A DNA stretch of 60,000 bases from Lytechinus pictus (taxonomy: Eukaryota): the NCBI RefSeq assembly GCF_037042905.1, contig NC_087250.1:23748001-23808000 (forward strand), read 5' to 3'. A program made the translations under genes and the position numbers. The notes below the pieces were generated by a model. The model was not told the origin of the DNA. It was given only the letters and a program-made list of their open reading frames with translations, and did no database searches. Below are positions 10,829 through 23,063 of the stretch, piece by piece (position 1 is the first letter of the stretch; each line of letters starts with the position of its first letter).

Positions 10829-12103
10829 TGTAACGACGACCCGGTTTGTCCTACGAGTCTCGCTATAAGAGTCTAAGAATAATGTCGAGGATGGCCAGAG
10901 TCAAACTTTTGTTGATCTTATTCTTTGATCTTTCTGCTTTCACAAAAGCTAACTTGCTCCAAGAGTTTCATTCTCCTTTAAATAATACAGTCGAAGCGAA
11001 TAACAGTCATTACACAGGAAATTAAAGTTCAGTAGTTTATTACTGTTCAAAACTTAATGAAGGTGCAACAGAGTATGTGATGATGACAATTAAACAAACT
11101 CCAGCGATACATGGAATATGATAACTGAGATAACGTCGAGCGATGCTGAAACAATTATAAGAACTTAACTTGTGATAATTCTGAACTGAACTTGGGCTCA
11201 GACGACTAAACTGGAATACATGTTAGACTATGCTCGGAAAAGACTCTCGAAATAAAAACTAAGCACTAAACTGAGATGCTGCTCGCTTATATACACTTTC
11301 TGGACATAGCATGAAGGTCATCCCCAGCACACAGCAAAAACCCAGATTCAGGGAGGGGAGAGAGAGAGAGGGAGAGAGGGATAAGGTCAAATAATAGAAT
11401 AAGCACATAACGACCAATACACTGACCACAAGGTTAAACTAGTAGTTTGGACATTAGGAGTTGAGGGAGAGAAGTCTGAAGGGCAGGGCAAAGTCGAAGT
11501 GAGGAGAGAGAACGCGGAGGGAGTTACAGAACATAAATGTGTAGCCAAGGTAATAAACAAGAACAAGTTTCTGAAAGTAGTCGCAAGGTTAAAGAGAACT
11601 ACACAGGTTTGAAAGTCACTGGAAAGGGAAAAGAGAGGAGGGATGAAAGTTACTGGAAGGAGAAGTGAGGAGGGTTGAAAGTCACTGGAAAGAGAAAGTG
11701 AGGAGGGTTGAAAGTCACTGGAAAGAGAAAGTGAGGAGGGTTGAAAGTCACTAGAAAGAGAAAGTGAGGAGAGTAAAACTTCTGAAAGTAGATGCAAGGT
11801 CGCAAAGAAGGGAGATGCGTTGTTAGCAATTTCTGGAAGACGAAGGAAAGCCAAAGAGAATACAGAGTGGACAGACCAGAAGAGTTTGACCATGAGCAAT
11901 TTACAGTATAAGAGAGGGCTTGGCTGTGTGCAGGTTACTGGGCAAGTTGAAAGTGACATTCACAATTTATCTTAGCAAGACATTCATTGCATAAATGAGT
12001 CGAATACAATTTGATATAATAAACACTAATTAAAGCTTAAGAATGGAATTATATACATAAACATAATAAGAGAATATCGGAACATCAACCAAAATGCGTG
12101 ACA
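10829..12103 (-). repeat. 5' LTR of Gypsy element
   Basis: Direct repeat of 2331-3605, adjacent to PBS. Confidence 0.97.
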
Positions 12104-13164
12104 ATACCAAAATATCTCTGCAAAAAATACAAAACTTTGACCCAAGGAAAAAGTAGTATTACTGTACCCAACAGCTTTAAAATATCCATTTTTGAATTCC
12201 TCTCATCCAGTGCTATATAGCATTATAATGTAGGGTTTAACTCCATAATTAAAATAATTTTGTGAAGCCTCTTTAGACATAGTTTTCAGGATGGAGTATA
12301 TTTAGATATGATTAGGAGTGGGCTATAAATGGGTGATTTTTGGTTTTACTGTGGCAACAGTTTTGTTGTATTCCTTTTACCTTATCTCAAGATGAAATGA
12401 CAATATTTTTGTCTCGGGTTCGAGAAAAAAGTGTGTGCCGGGCCAAAATCCAAAATGGTCGCCAAAACCCACCAAAATCACATTTTTGGCCACAACTTCT
12501 TATTTGGTGGTCTTTTTCTCTGGTTTTGGTGTCTATTCATATGTTATTGGGGACAGGCAATTTGTTTTTCCTAAAATTAATACTTTTAAACCATTATTTG
12601 TAGAGTTAGAATGTGATTTTACTTAAATTTACCAATTTTTAGTGCCCTTTTTCAGTCAAAAAGTGGGTTTCATCGTCTAGTGGTTCTTGGATATTAGATG
12701 ATACCAGTTGAATAGTAGTAAGCAGCTTCATATATTATGCTTTTATTCCTCTTAACTGGGATTTGCAGATATTTGCAAAATATATCTTATCAAATAAAAG
12801 AAAATGCCATTTATCCATAGGGGCTATATGGTATATAATATACTGTACAGACTGCATATGCATTGACCACCATGATATATAACAAGGCCTGTATACAGTG
12901 TCATAGAAACGAGCTATTGAGGTTTAGAATTACATTGTGAATTGTGAATTTGATTGCTTGTCAGCTATTAATGGACATGATGTTGCACATAAACATCACA
13001 TACACGTATAATAGATATGTACATCACTTTTTTAGCCATATCTTGTTCATTTAGAGGGTTTTTTTAACCTGGTTGTGGTGTCCAGCCCTATTTTTATGGT
13101 GTCAGGTAAACTACCTTAGTGATGCTGATCAACAGCCAAATCAGAATAAAAGATTCCAAGATAA

Positions 13165-13753
13165 AGGTCAAGTCCACCCCAGGAAAATGTTGACATGAAT
13201 AAATAGAGAAAAATCAAACTAGCATAGTGCTGAAAATTTTATCAAAATCGGATGTAAAATAAGAAAGTTATGACATTTAAAGTTTCGCTTATTTTTCACA
13301 AAACAGTGATATGCACAACTAGGTGAGTCAGTCGATGTCCATCACTCACTATTTCTTTTGTATTTTATTGTTTGAATTAGACAATATTTCATTTTTAATA
13401 GATTTGACAATAAGGACCAACTTGATTGAACCATATAGTATTAAACAATGCTGATTCCACATGTTCAGGGAGGAATTAATCGTTGCATCACTTGACAATG
13501 AGGAGAAAATTAGAATATTTCATATTTCATATAATAAAATACAGAAGAAATAGTGAGTGGATGATGTCATCAGGCTCTTCATTTGCATACCGACCAGGGT
13601 GTATATAACTGTTTTGTGAAATTAAGCGAAACTTTAAAATGTCAAAACTTTCTTATTTTACATCCGATTTTGATGAAATTTTAATAGTGTTATGCTTGTT
13701 GGATTTTTCTCTTTTTATTCAAATCCAACTTTTTGTTGGGGTGGACTTGTCCT
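13165..13753. mobile_element. Kolobok/T2-like MITE (family A)
   Basis: TIR AGG(T/A)CAAGTCCACCCC, flanks ATAA/TTAA, long subterminal inverted repeats; further copies at 40561, 41192, 56694. Confidence 0.85.
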
Positions 13754-13859
13754 TTAATGATATTTACCTCTCTTCGCCCCCTGAATTAACGTATTTGACA
13801 AAGCATTGTCTTCAATTTCTGAAACAAAACTTATCTTCCATTTCTGAGGCATTTCTGAA

Positions 13860-14130
13860 CCGGTGTGTTGGCTCAGTTGGTAGAGCGTCCGTCTCACAAC
13901 CGGGAGGTCGGGGGTTCAAACCCCGGCCGCGTCAGACCAAAAGATGTTAAAAGATGGGAGTTGCTGCTACCCTGTTTGGCGTTCAATGATTAAAGGGATA
14001 GAGCCTCGTCGATCTGGCGCTGCACAGCGGCTGCTGGGCCCACGATCAATTGGGCAAAGCAAATTTTCAGAGTATTTCATTTCATGTCTATTTCGAACAA
14101 TAAATTATGGATTTCTATTTTCATTTTTCT
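13860..14130 (+). mobile_element. tRNA-derived SINE (Meta-domain-like core)
   Basis: Pol III A box TGGCTCAGTTGG, B box GGTTCAAACC, then GACCAAAAGA...TGCTACCCTGTTTGGCGTTCAA resembling the MetaSINE core; AT-rich tail. Confidence 0.75.
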
Positions 14131-14564
14131 ATCTAATTCTAAACCTAAGAGCTAATTTCTATGACACTAGTTTATATACAGACCTTCGTCATGGTGGTCA
14201 GTGCATCCATGGACATACATGTGTGCAGTGCATTATGTACAGTACATTGTATACTGTATAGCCGCTATACAGGTACATGTAGATAATGGACATTCTTTTA
14301 TAAAGGTCAAGTTCACCTCAGAAAAATCTTGATATGAATCAAGAAAAACGTTTACGGTAATCAAAGAATAATGATTAATCAATCCTTTCTGATTACTTTA
14401 TAACATCTTCCTGTAAGCTACCATATCTGTAGTGTTTACACATTGCTTATTAGGAAAGGACGCTTTGTTTGCGCAATCATACAACCGGGTATATTGCTAT
14501 TCAAGAAGATGGATTAGTAAAAATAATAATAATAAAGCTTAATAATTACACTTTTAAATTATTA

Positions 14565-15152
14565 ATGAGTATACGAATAATGAATGTGTATGCGTGCAAT
14601 GGGAAGAATATTTTCATGAGATGAAAGATGTAAAGTTCCATTCAACGAGGCGTTAGCCGAGTTGAATGGAACTTTTTATCTTTCATCAAATGTAAATATT
14701 CTTTCCATTGCACAAATATTTACATTCATTATTTGTTTTATATAACTCATATAAGTTACAAAGTTTTTAAAAATGTAAAAAAGGAATAAAAAAGATAAAA
14801 GATTAGGTTGGCCTATTTCCAGCAACTAATTTTTCTCTGATAATTGCTAGTCGGTGGATAACACCATGTATCGACAGCTCATCAGCCCTTTGCTTTCATG
14901 TTTGTGACGCGCATTGCTTCATGGATCTGAGTCGAGTGCGCACAGTCAGTTTGATCTGCGCTAACTTCATGCGCGCAAACACACACACACACATACACAA
15001 TAAGTAGACATACACATGATTATACTGAGGGAGCGCTAGCGCGCGTACCGTGCAATGGAAAAATTACAAAATGCACGCAGTAAAGAATGGACCAAATATT
15101 GAACACCTTTCAACCAATCAGATGGCAAGAATCTTTGTGTGAGTTATATAAT
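14565..15152. mobile_element. Possible non-autonomous Crypton-like element
   Basis: ~120-bp imperfect palindrome (14594-14713) centred on GAGGCGTTAGCCGAG; TTATATAA motifs; boundaries and class uncertain. Confidence 0.4.
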
Positions 15153-15247
15153 TACAATTAATCTATTAAAACTACCTATCATCATTATGAATTATCAATA
15201 AAAGTTAGCATTGACTGGTGGGTGTGGTCCATCAGTATGCTACTAGT

Positions 15248-15727
15248 ATGCTTTTCACACTACACTTTTTTTCCTTAACCCCGGGAAATTGGTGGGGCTA
15301 AGGGGAGGCCTTAGCGGCTTAGCCCCACCAAGCTTAGCCCACTTCGTTTTCACACTACGTTTTAGCAAAGTGGGCTAGCACGGTAAATAGTACGGTACTA
15401 TCTGGCCCTGCAAAAAAGCAGGGTTAGCCGGCTTATTGTGGTGCTAGCACCACAATTGCGGTGCTAAGAGATGCAGTGTGAAACGAAACCGGGCTAAGGA
15501 AAAGTGGGGCTAAGCAATAGCCAATCACAGAAGTCGAAATTGCACGTTAATCACGCTCTGTATGGTAAAATCATCAATATTCATGAGCTGTGGGATAGTC
15601 CGGGGTTAAGGCGTTAACCCCGGCTAAGCAGATAGTATGGGGTTAAGAAAGACAGTGTGAATCCAAAAAAAAGATAGTATGGGGTTAAGGATAGTCCGGG
15701 GTTAAGGAAATGCAATGTGAAAAGCAT
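15248..15727. mobile_element. PIF/Harbinger-like MITE
   Basis: TIR ATGCTTTTCACA / TGTGAAAAGCAT; many internal GGGCTAAG/GGGTTAAG motifs in both orientations. Confidence 0.7.
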
Positions 15728-16638
15728 ATAGGTGTATTTGCTCCTTATCATCCTCCACCTTGCACATGTTTTTCATTAACCAATCATTAAAAGGGGAATC
15801 AACATTACTTTCAAAATCTTTTTGGTATGACTGCATTTGCTCTCATCATTTTTTGTCCAACTACATATAGGTGGTTTGAAATAAGATTAATAAAACGGCT
15901 GTTTTCGACTCGCCGTACGCCGCCGCTGTAGAGCAAATGTGACCAAGGTATTATTTTGACACCAAATACAACATAATTTCATATCTTGTACGTCAGCAGA
16001 ACAAAATAAAGGAATATACCCAAAATTGTCGCGCAGATGTCACAACTTCACCTATTTACCAGCCCAATTCAAAACGCATGGCCATTATTAAAAAAACCAT
16101 AAAAAAGAAATAAAAAGCAAGGAGCCTTTTTACATAACTTTGTGATACGGTGCTCGTGTAGAGCCTTAAAAGGTATTAAGAGAACTTTTGTATTTACAAG
16201 TTAGGTCCCATTCAGTGTTCACTTGTGAAGTCATTGTAAATTTAATTCTTGTTTTTATGCTTCATTAATTCTCTGTGCAGTTGTGAACTCTGCCCTGTCT
16301 ATGAGTCTAACATATGCTGGTTGGCCCCGACTGCACTTACAACGTATTGTAGCGATCTAACTTAAATCAATCATAATTTTTGTTGTTATTTTACAACAAA
16401 ATTCACTTGATAATATTCCCTATATTCTTATGAGTACAAGTGAGCCAAAAAAATCTCATTAAAAATTGAGAGAAATGTATTATTTTCTTGGAAAACCCTT
16501 AGCCAGTCATTTTCAGACTGAACAGAGCTCAGAGGATGCACTATTGGCTAATTGGTCAACAATTAGATGGCAAGTCTCCATGCTAATGAGCTAGTGAGCA
16601 ACATTTATCAAAGTCCTCTTGTGGCTGAATTCATATCA

Positions 16639-16912
16639 GAGCGTTGTGGCCCAGTGGATTAGTCTTCGGACTTTGAAACAGAGGGTCGTGGGTTCGAATC
16701 CCAGCCATGGCGTAATTTCCTTCGGCAAGAAACTGATCCACAATGTGCTGCACTCAACCCAGGTGAGGTAAATGGGTACCGGTAGGAAGTAATTCCTTAA
16801 AAAGCTGTGTGCGCTATGAACGCCTAGCTTAGCCGGGTAATATAGGAGCGCCTTGAGCACCTAACAAGGTGGATATGTGCGCAATATAAATACCCTATAT
16901 TATTATTATTAT
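16639..16912 (+). mobile_element. tRNA-derived SINE with (ATT)n tail
   Basis: A box TGGCCCAGTGG, B box GGTTCGAATCC, CORE-like CCTTCGGCAAG...TAAATGGG segment, (TAT)n tail. Confidence 0.85.
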
Positions 16913-17179
16913 ATCCAGGACTGCCAAATCTTGTGAATTGTGAGACTTTCTTTCTCAAAGAATAACATGTATCCACTCTATCTTCAGGCCTCAACAATTT
17001 TTTTTAATGACGGTACTATTATTTTTGAAGGTCATACAAAATGAAAACAATTTAGAATCGTGTACCCTATAAAAGAACACACATAAGTTTATTATCAGCA
17101 AAGTAGGCCCGAGTCATTACGTTTATTTTGATTAAAAAATTTTTTTTTGCTATAAATGGACGTTTAAGGTAAAAAAAAA

Positions 17180-17855
17180 AAAACCTTCACCAAAAGTTGC
17201 TAAAATTTCATATTTTGTATCTTTAAATCCATGAAATGGTCATCTGTTTGCCACATTTCCTTGGAATTGTTTTGATTTAGTTGGAAATTATTAAGAATAT
17301 GAATAATATTAAATATTCAGCTCTTTCTCTACTCTGGGAAAGATCGTTTTATAATATAACCAAAAAAAAAGCCTTCACCAAAAGTGGAGTGGCTAAAATT
17401 TAACATTTTGCATCTTTAGATCCATGAAATGGCCATTTGTTTTCCATATTTCCTTGAAATTGTTTTGATTTAGTTAGAAAATATCAAGAATATTAAGAAT
17501 ATTCACCTCTCTCTTGTCTTTTCTTCATCGTTTTAGGATGTTACACTCGGTCACTATTTTTTTTATTGCGGTCCCACCTGTAGATTCATAATGTTGCAAA
17601 TTTAACTGAACACGATCGTTAATCATTTATGATCGTTTTACACTTGGTCAACACCATGAAAGTCTACATGTGGGACAATAATAATAAAAAAAAACATTTG
17701 CCGAGTGTAACATTATTAAAATCAGTAAAAAAAGAGCTGAATATTTTATTTTTTGGTTGTTACCAACTAAATGAAACCAATATCAAGGTAATATGAAAAA
17801 TAGATGGCCATTTCATGTACTTAAACATTCAAAATGTGAAATTTTAGTCACTTTT
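17180..17855. repeat. Foldback/MITE-like inverted repeat with partial direct duplication
   Basis: ~17180-17330 repeated at ~17370-17510; ~17390-17570 is imperfectly inverted at ~17680-17853. Confidence 0.55.
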
Positions 17856-18194
17856 GCCCTTTTTTTTTTTTGGGGGGGGGTGCATCAGCAAATTATGCAA
17901 GATTAGTGCATGCGCACATACATGTAGAACGTAAGATGAGATGGCATGGTTCTTTGAACAAGGTACCTGGTGATAAATGATCTGTATCTGGGCTGATTTT
18001 ACATCAGTTTCCATTGTTTTTTGACTGGTTTGACATGTGTGAGATATGTGATTAGTGAGATGTGATTATCACTGATATTTTATTATTTTATTTCCAAAAC
18101 AACCACTTGCCCGATCGGGCAATTGACTTTGAGAAATGCTTGCCCGCATGTCATTTTCACTTGCCCCGGGCAAGCGGGTTTGTCGTGCTCTGTT

Positions 18195-18744
18195 AAAATG
18201 CTGAAAATTTCATAGAAATCGGATCATAACAAATAACAAAGATATTGAATTTTTAAAAGTTTAGCAATATTTTGTGAAAATAGTTATATGCACGTCATCA
18301 TGAATATTCATTGGGTGGGCTGATGTCACATCCCCACTTTTCCTTTTCTTATGTTATTACATGAAATCATAATTTTTTACATTTTTTTCATATATGTAAT
18401 AATATACATGTTAATAATGTGTGTCTTTTATAATGAAATAAGTTGCAGCTGTGTATATCTAATGCACTAAATCACCTGTGAATCCAATTTTTTCAGTTCT
18501 TGGTAGAAAAATTTGAATAAACCTAATTTCATATAATAAAATGCAAAAGAACAGGTGGGGATATAACATTAAGTTGCTCATTGAATATTCATGAAGACAT
18601 GCCTAGAACTGTTTCACCGGAATAATGCAAATCTTTAAAATGCCATAACATAACGATTTTGATTAAAATTTTCAGTGTTTTGTTTGTCTGATTTTTCTTT
18701 ATCTGTTTAATTCAAATCATATTTTTCTCAGCCCGGAGCATCCC
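18195..18744. mobile_element. Diverged, 5'-truncated Kolobok/T2-like MITE
   Basis: Internal similarity to family A (CTGAAAATTTCAT..AAATCGG); ends CATCCCT+TTAA. Confidence 0.5.
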
Positions 18745-19172
18745 TTTAATAACATGTTCCGTACAGACCATACTGCATGTGTAGGACAGTTACGTTAGGG
18801 ACATTTTGTCCCCATAGAGAACGTACAGAATTTTCCCCATGATTTCAAAAATTAAAATAATAAAAAAAATGGAAATAACAAAAGAGTTTTTACTTTTAAA
18901 ATGTTCTATTGAGACATGTATATTTGATATGACTGTAAAGGATATTTCGCCATGTCAACATTTTCCCCTTATTTTTTTCATGGTTTACTTTCAAGAATTT
19001 CTTATGTATTTGAGTTTCATATTTTTCAATTTTCACAATTTTTTTCTGTTTCAATTATTTTCATTAATCAATATACATGTAACAAAGTCTTTTGAAAAAA
19101 CTAAAGAAAAGGTGAATGAATCACTTTTTGGAGCACTCTTGAAATTGTTATTCTCTATTGACTTTCCCCATG

Positions 19173-19350
19173 CGCCATGGGTTAATAAGGCACAACTTAA
19201 TACAAAAGAAGTAAATAAACTAAGCAACTTTGAGGTTACGTGTAACTGTCTTTAATAACCATGGCCAAGAGACCAACACAAGGTGGCGCGCTTACACTTT
19301 GCGATTGCAACATCGAATCATCAGTATAATACGATAACAACACACTGGCG
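19173..19350 (-). repeat. 3' LTR of Troyka-like element
   Basis: 177/178 identical to 25505-25682; preceded on the minus strand by purine-rich AAAAAGATGGGAAAAGTAAAAGGCAGTCA. Confidence 0.88.
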
Positions 19351-19502
19351 TGACTGCCTTTTACTTTTCCCATCTTTTTACAATAAAAACTGTATGACAA
19401 AATCATGATGATTCGTAATTAAATCACTATTCCATAAAAAGGGTTAGACCTTCACTGGTGTAAGACTCTGATAAATCTAGTCACCAATGTATCATAACAA
19501 GT

Positions 19503-21695
19503 CAACCAAAAAATTACTTTTTTTCTTTCCAGGGCTCTTTTTGGAGAAACTTAAAAATTTTCCAGGGCTACTTTTTCATTTTCCAGGGCTCTTTTTCCAC
19601 TTTCCAGGGCTACAATTTCTACTTTCCAGGGCTACAATTTCTGGAGCTATTTCGCGGCTTTTTTGCGTTTGTGTGTGTGTGTGTGTATATATATACACGG
19701 TAGCTAGCATATACCAGGGAAGTATAACACTTCCCTGGTTTGACCTTCGCATTGTTTCTTCGAAGTGATTGTTTATGATTTTAGTGTTGTGATGATAGAT
19801 GGATTTTGATGCTTGAACGATATCTGAGTTGATTCATGGACCTAATACAGACCTATTCAGATTAAATCATGGAGGTAGAACCTCCATGAATTAATCCAAG
19901 TTTGAATGTTTGATACTTGGTTGACGTGAGCTTTGCGTGTTTACTATTTAGTGTTATAGCCCATTTGTCAAATTAATCTAGAAAGATCTGTATTCGTGTC
20001 TAAAGACAATGTAAAAGAAAAAGAAAGTTCTGAATTTGTACAATTCTGAGGTAATTTATTTTATCATACAATATAGGTACCTGCAAATGTTATGAAGTTG
20101 AACAAATATCCTTCGTACATATTTGACTGAAAGTTATTTAAATGACACTTTTTAAAAAAGACTTAAAATTATTCATACAAAATAATGATATAAGTCATAA
20201 AGGTCATTGAATTGTTAAGCGTTCGTATCAGTTACACAGATTCATGACAAAAAGGCCTACCAGAACGTAAACTGGCAATTTCCATCATCCATCATGAATG
20301 CCTAGCCTTGCACAGCCTCTAATTGAAATGAACTTATCCACGTCTTTGCAAATTTTACCTGACCTAATTTCTCCACACAGTGAGAGAGGCCATGTGGCAG
20401 CCAAACCAAAACAGAATGAAAAGGGCGGCAATCTCGTACCCCCCCCCCCCCCCCACCACCACCACAAGAATATCAGATTTCCAAACATGTGCTTCTCAAG
20501 ATTGTGCAATACATGACGGAGACAAAGAAAGTTATGTAAACAAATTGCCGAGGGTTGATGTCCCTGAATTAAGGGGCTAGTCTACGTTTTCAGTCACTTA
20601 AGAAAATGGCGAACTGGCCAAAGGTGAAATACATCATTGAAAAAAAAATGAATGTTTGGATTAAAATAACGAAGATTAAATGAAATATGACTGAAAAATA
20701 TCCATAGTTGAATCTCTACTTTTATTACTGACAGAACAATAACATCATTTTTTTATTAACTTCTTGCCAATATTCCAATAAGGCAAGACTCCCATTTAAG
20801 ACTAGAATGAAAGAAAAAAAATCAAAGCATGATTTTTTTTAAAGGGATAGACGAGACTCTTGTTTTGAACAGAGATATAAAAATATTTAAAAACAAACAA
20901 GAGGTGATAAACACTTCATTAAAATTATAATGAAGTTCGTAGTGAATTACAACTTGTAAAAGGAGAAATTAACAAGAATAATAGGGAAATAAAGTTTGGA
21001 AGAAAAGAAGGAATGAGGAGAGACAAGCTTTGGGGGGAAGGATCAAGATGGGTGGCTGCAGCTCGACATGGGGCTAGAGAGTGTACATAAATGGGAGGGG
21101 GGGAGCAATCATCTATCAAGTCGCCCAAAATCTTACACCTTCACCAAACTTCTCACACAATCCACACACAAATCCCAGTTCATGATACAATCACAAGTGT
21201 CGCTCAACACTGGTCTCTACTGGCATTTTACAGTCACACACACAGAAATACACACTACACACAATGCACACGATGCATCCCCATACCACATGCAGTCACA
21301 CTGAGCCTAAAGCACACAAGCAGAGAAACGTTCTGCTCGAAGTATATGACTCCTCGGCTCTAAATTCTACATTTATTTTATCTCAGTGCTTGGAGTCGGC
21401 GCTGGGGCCGATTTTCGTCCATGAATGAGAGAGCATGGCAAAGACTTGAGTCCCTTTATCTCAGAACCGCCGCCGCTTGGTACTCGAGTCTCCAGAGATC
21501 AGGGTCGACTCCCCGACTCTGGCATAGAGAATCGGGTAGACTCGATTACCCGGCGCTGGCTCCCAAGCCTAGTTGACGGGGGCGATTATGAGTTTTGCAG
21601 TCGCCCTTGTGTGAATGTTTTTAGCCCTTTTCCGGGGCTCTTTTTGGACTTTCCGGGGCGAATTCGCCCGCCGCCCCCGTGTAATTTTTTGGTTG
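19503..21695. mobile_element. Non-autonomous DNA transposon, 15-bp TIR, 8-bp TSD (hAT/P/MULE-type, unassigned)
   Basis: Perfect TIR CAACCAAAAAATTAC / GTAATTTTTTGGTTG; TSD TAACAAGT at 19495-19502 and 21696-21703; subterminal TTCCRGGGC repeats at both ends; no transposase. Confidence 0.9.
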
Positions 21696-23063
21696 TAACA
21701 AGTTGAATACTAAACAGGCATACCACAACAAAGGTCACAATTAAAAAAAAAACATCAAATGGCAGCACCACTTCTCATCTCTCTCCATCATATAAATTGA
21801 CGAAAAACACAGGTGGGCTTACAAACGGATTGACAGCAAATCATTATCCCCGTCTAGACAGCGGATTGCAAAAATTGGACCCAAAACTACTCCAAAACAC
21901 AAGGCTCAATTAAGGCTGTGCACTAATAGCCAATTCTCGACACAAATTAAACAAGCATAAACCTGCATTAAAAAGGAAAACATGCATATTGGCAAATAAA
22001 ACAAAAAGCAATACAATGACCTCAGTGCAAAGTTTCCACATAGCAAATAGATTAAATGCACAGTTGAACGGTGTCACCCTAAATAGCAAAAACATCTGTG
22101 TATGATAAAAAAGGATGGCACAAAAAAACAGGACAAAAATTACTGAATTATGAGCAGTCTCATACCATCTCAATGAGATAAGAAAATACTTGCAAAAACG
22201 GAAATGGATCAAATAGAGGAAACAGCCACTTACCCACAACGTATGGCTGTTTAACTACATAAAATTGACACAAGGAACTGAGTAACATTACTAGGTATAA
22301 TGCATGATACACACAAGTTATACAATGTCTGAAAACAAGGCATATAAATCATTATTCAGAACAAAAGTATACTAACTAATATCCAAACAACACAAATCAT
22401 CTTCTCAAATATCACTGTAGGCACACATTAAAGAATCAGCAAATGTCAGATAATCATCACCTGTCCAGTATAACGTCATAAAAATACACATCCACAAAAT
22501 CAACAACACTCATAACTGGCAGAATCACTCACCCAAAGCACATCACAAATTACATCATGAAACTGTTTATTGTGATCAATCAAAATAACATACTATACTG
22601 TATACAAAAAATCATTGAACCCCAAAATACCTGCAAATAATTATAATAAAATATCCTGACAGAAAATTACAAGTCATAAAATTTACATGGCACTCCTAAC
22701 CTTCCTGATTGAACAGAAATATACCTGCAAATAAACATAACACAAAAGTACATATAAAACCAAGTAAGCATGCTGTCCATATCGGCTAACAACATCAAGT
22801 GATGAAATGTATAAAAGTCCTGATAGAATGTTCTTCATAATCACATAATATGGCCAGTCCAATTATAAAAGCAGTGTCCAAGCTCACGAAAGATGTAGAG
22901 TAATCACTGTCCATGGAAAGAAGGTATGTCTACGTAATCATAGGTCTTGAAAGCAAGGCGAGCGAACACTGTATCAAACAATAAATGTCTCTGGAGCGTT
23001 GATAGGCGAGAATCATGAAGAAAAGTCCTAGGTAGGGACCAACATCTTACGGTCTATGAAACT

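Larger units (their letters stand above)
2331..12103 (-). mobile_element. Full-length Ty3/Gypsy LTR retrotransposon
   Basis: Two 1275-bp TG...CA direct repeats (offset 8498), 4-bp TSD ATAC (2327-2330, 12104-12107), PBS, PPT, intact gag and PR-RT-RH-IN pol. Confidence 0.98.

Noticed and set aside
13860..13935. Possible tRNA gene
   Set aside because: No proper acceptor stem; continues into a SINE body and tail
13639..13950. Recurring short ORFs such as CHNFLILHPILMKFS (also 40582, 56373) and the pair at 46908/56434
   Set aside because: Translations of non-coding MITE copies, not a gene family
16639..16712. Possible tRNA gene
   Set aside because: SINE head with A/B boxes followed by core and (ATT)n tail
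19173..19185. CCATGGGTTAA as a piggyBac-type terminus
   Set aside because: It falls inside the 178-bp LTR present twice; the CG boundaries with ATG TSD and adjacent PBS explain the structure better
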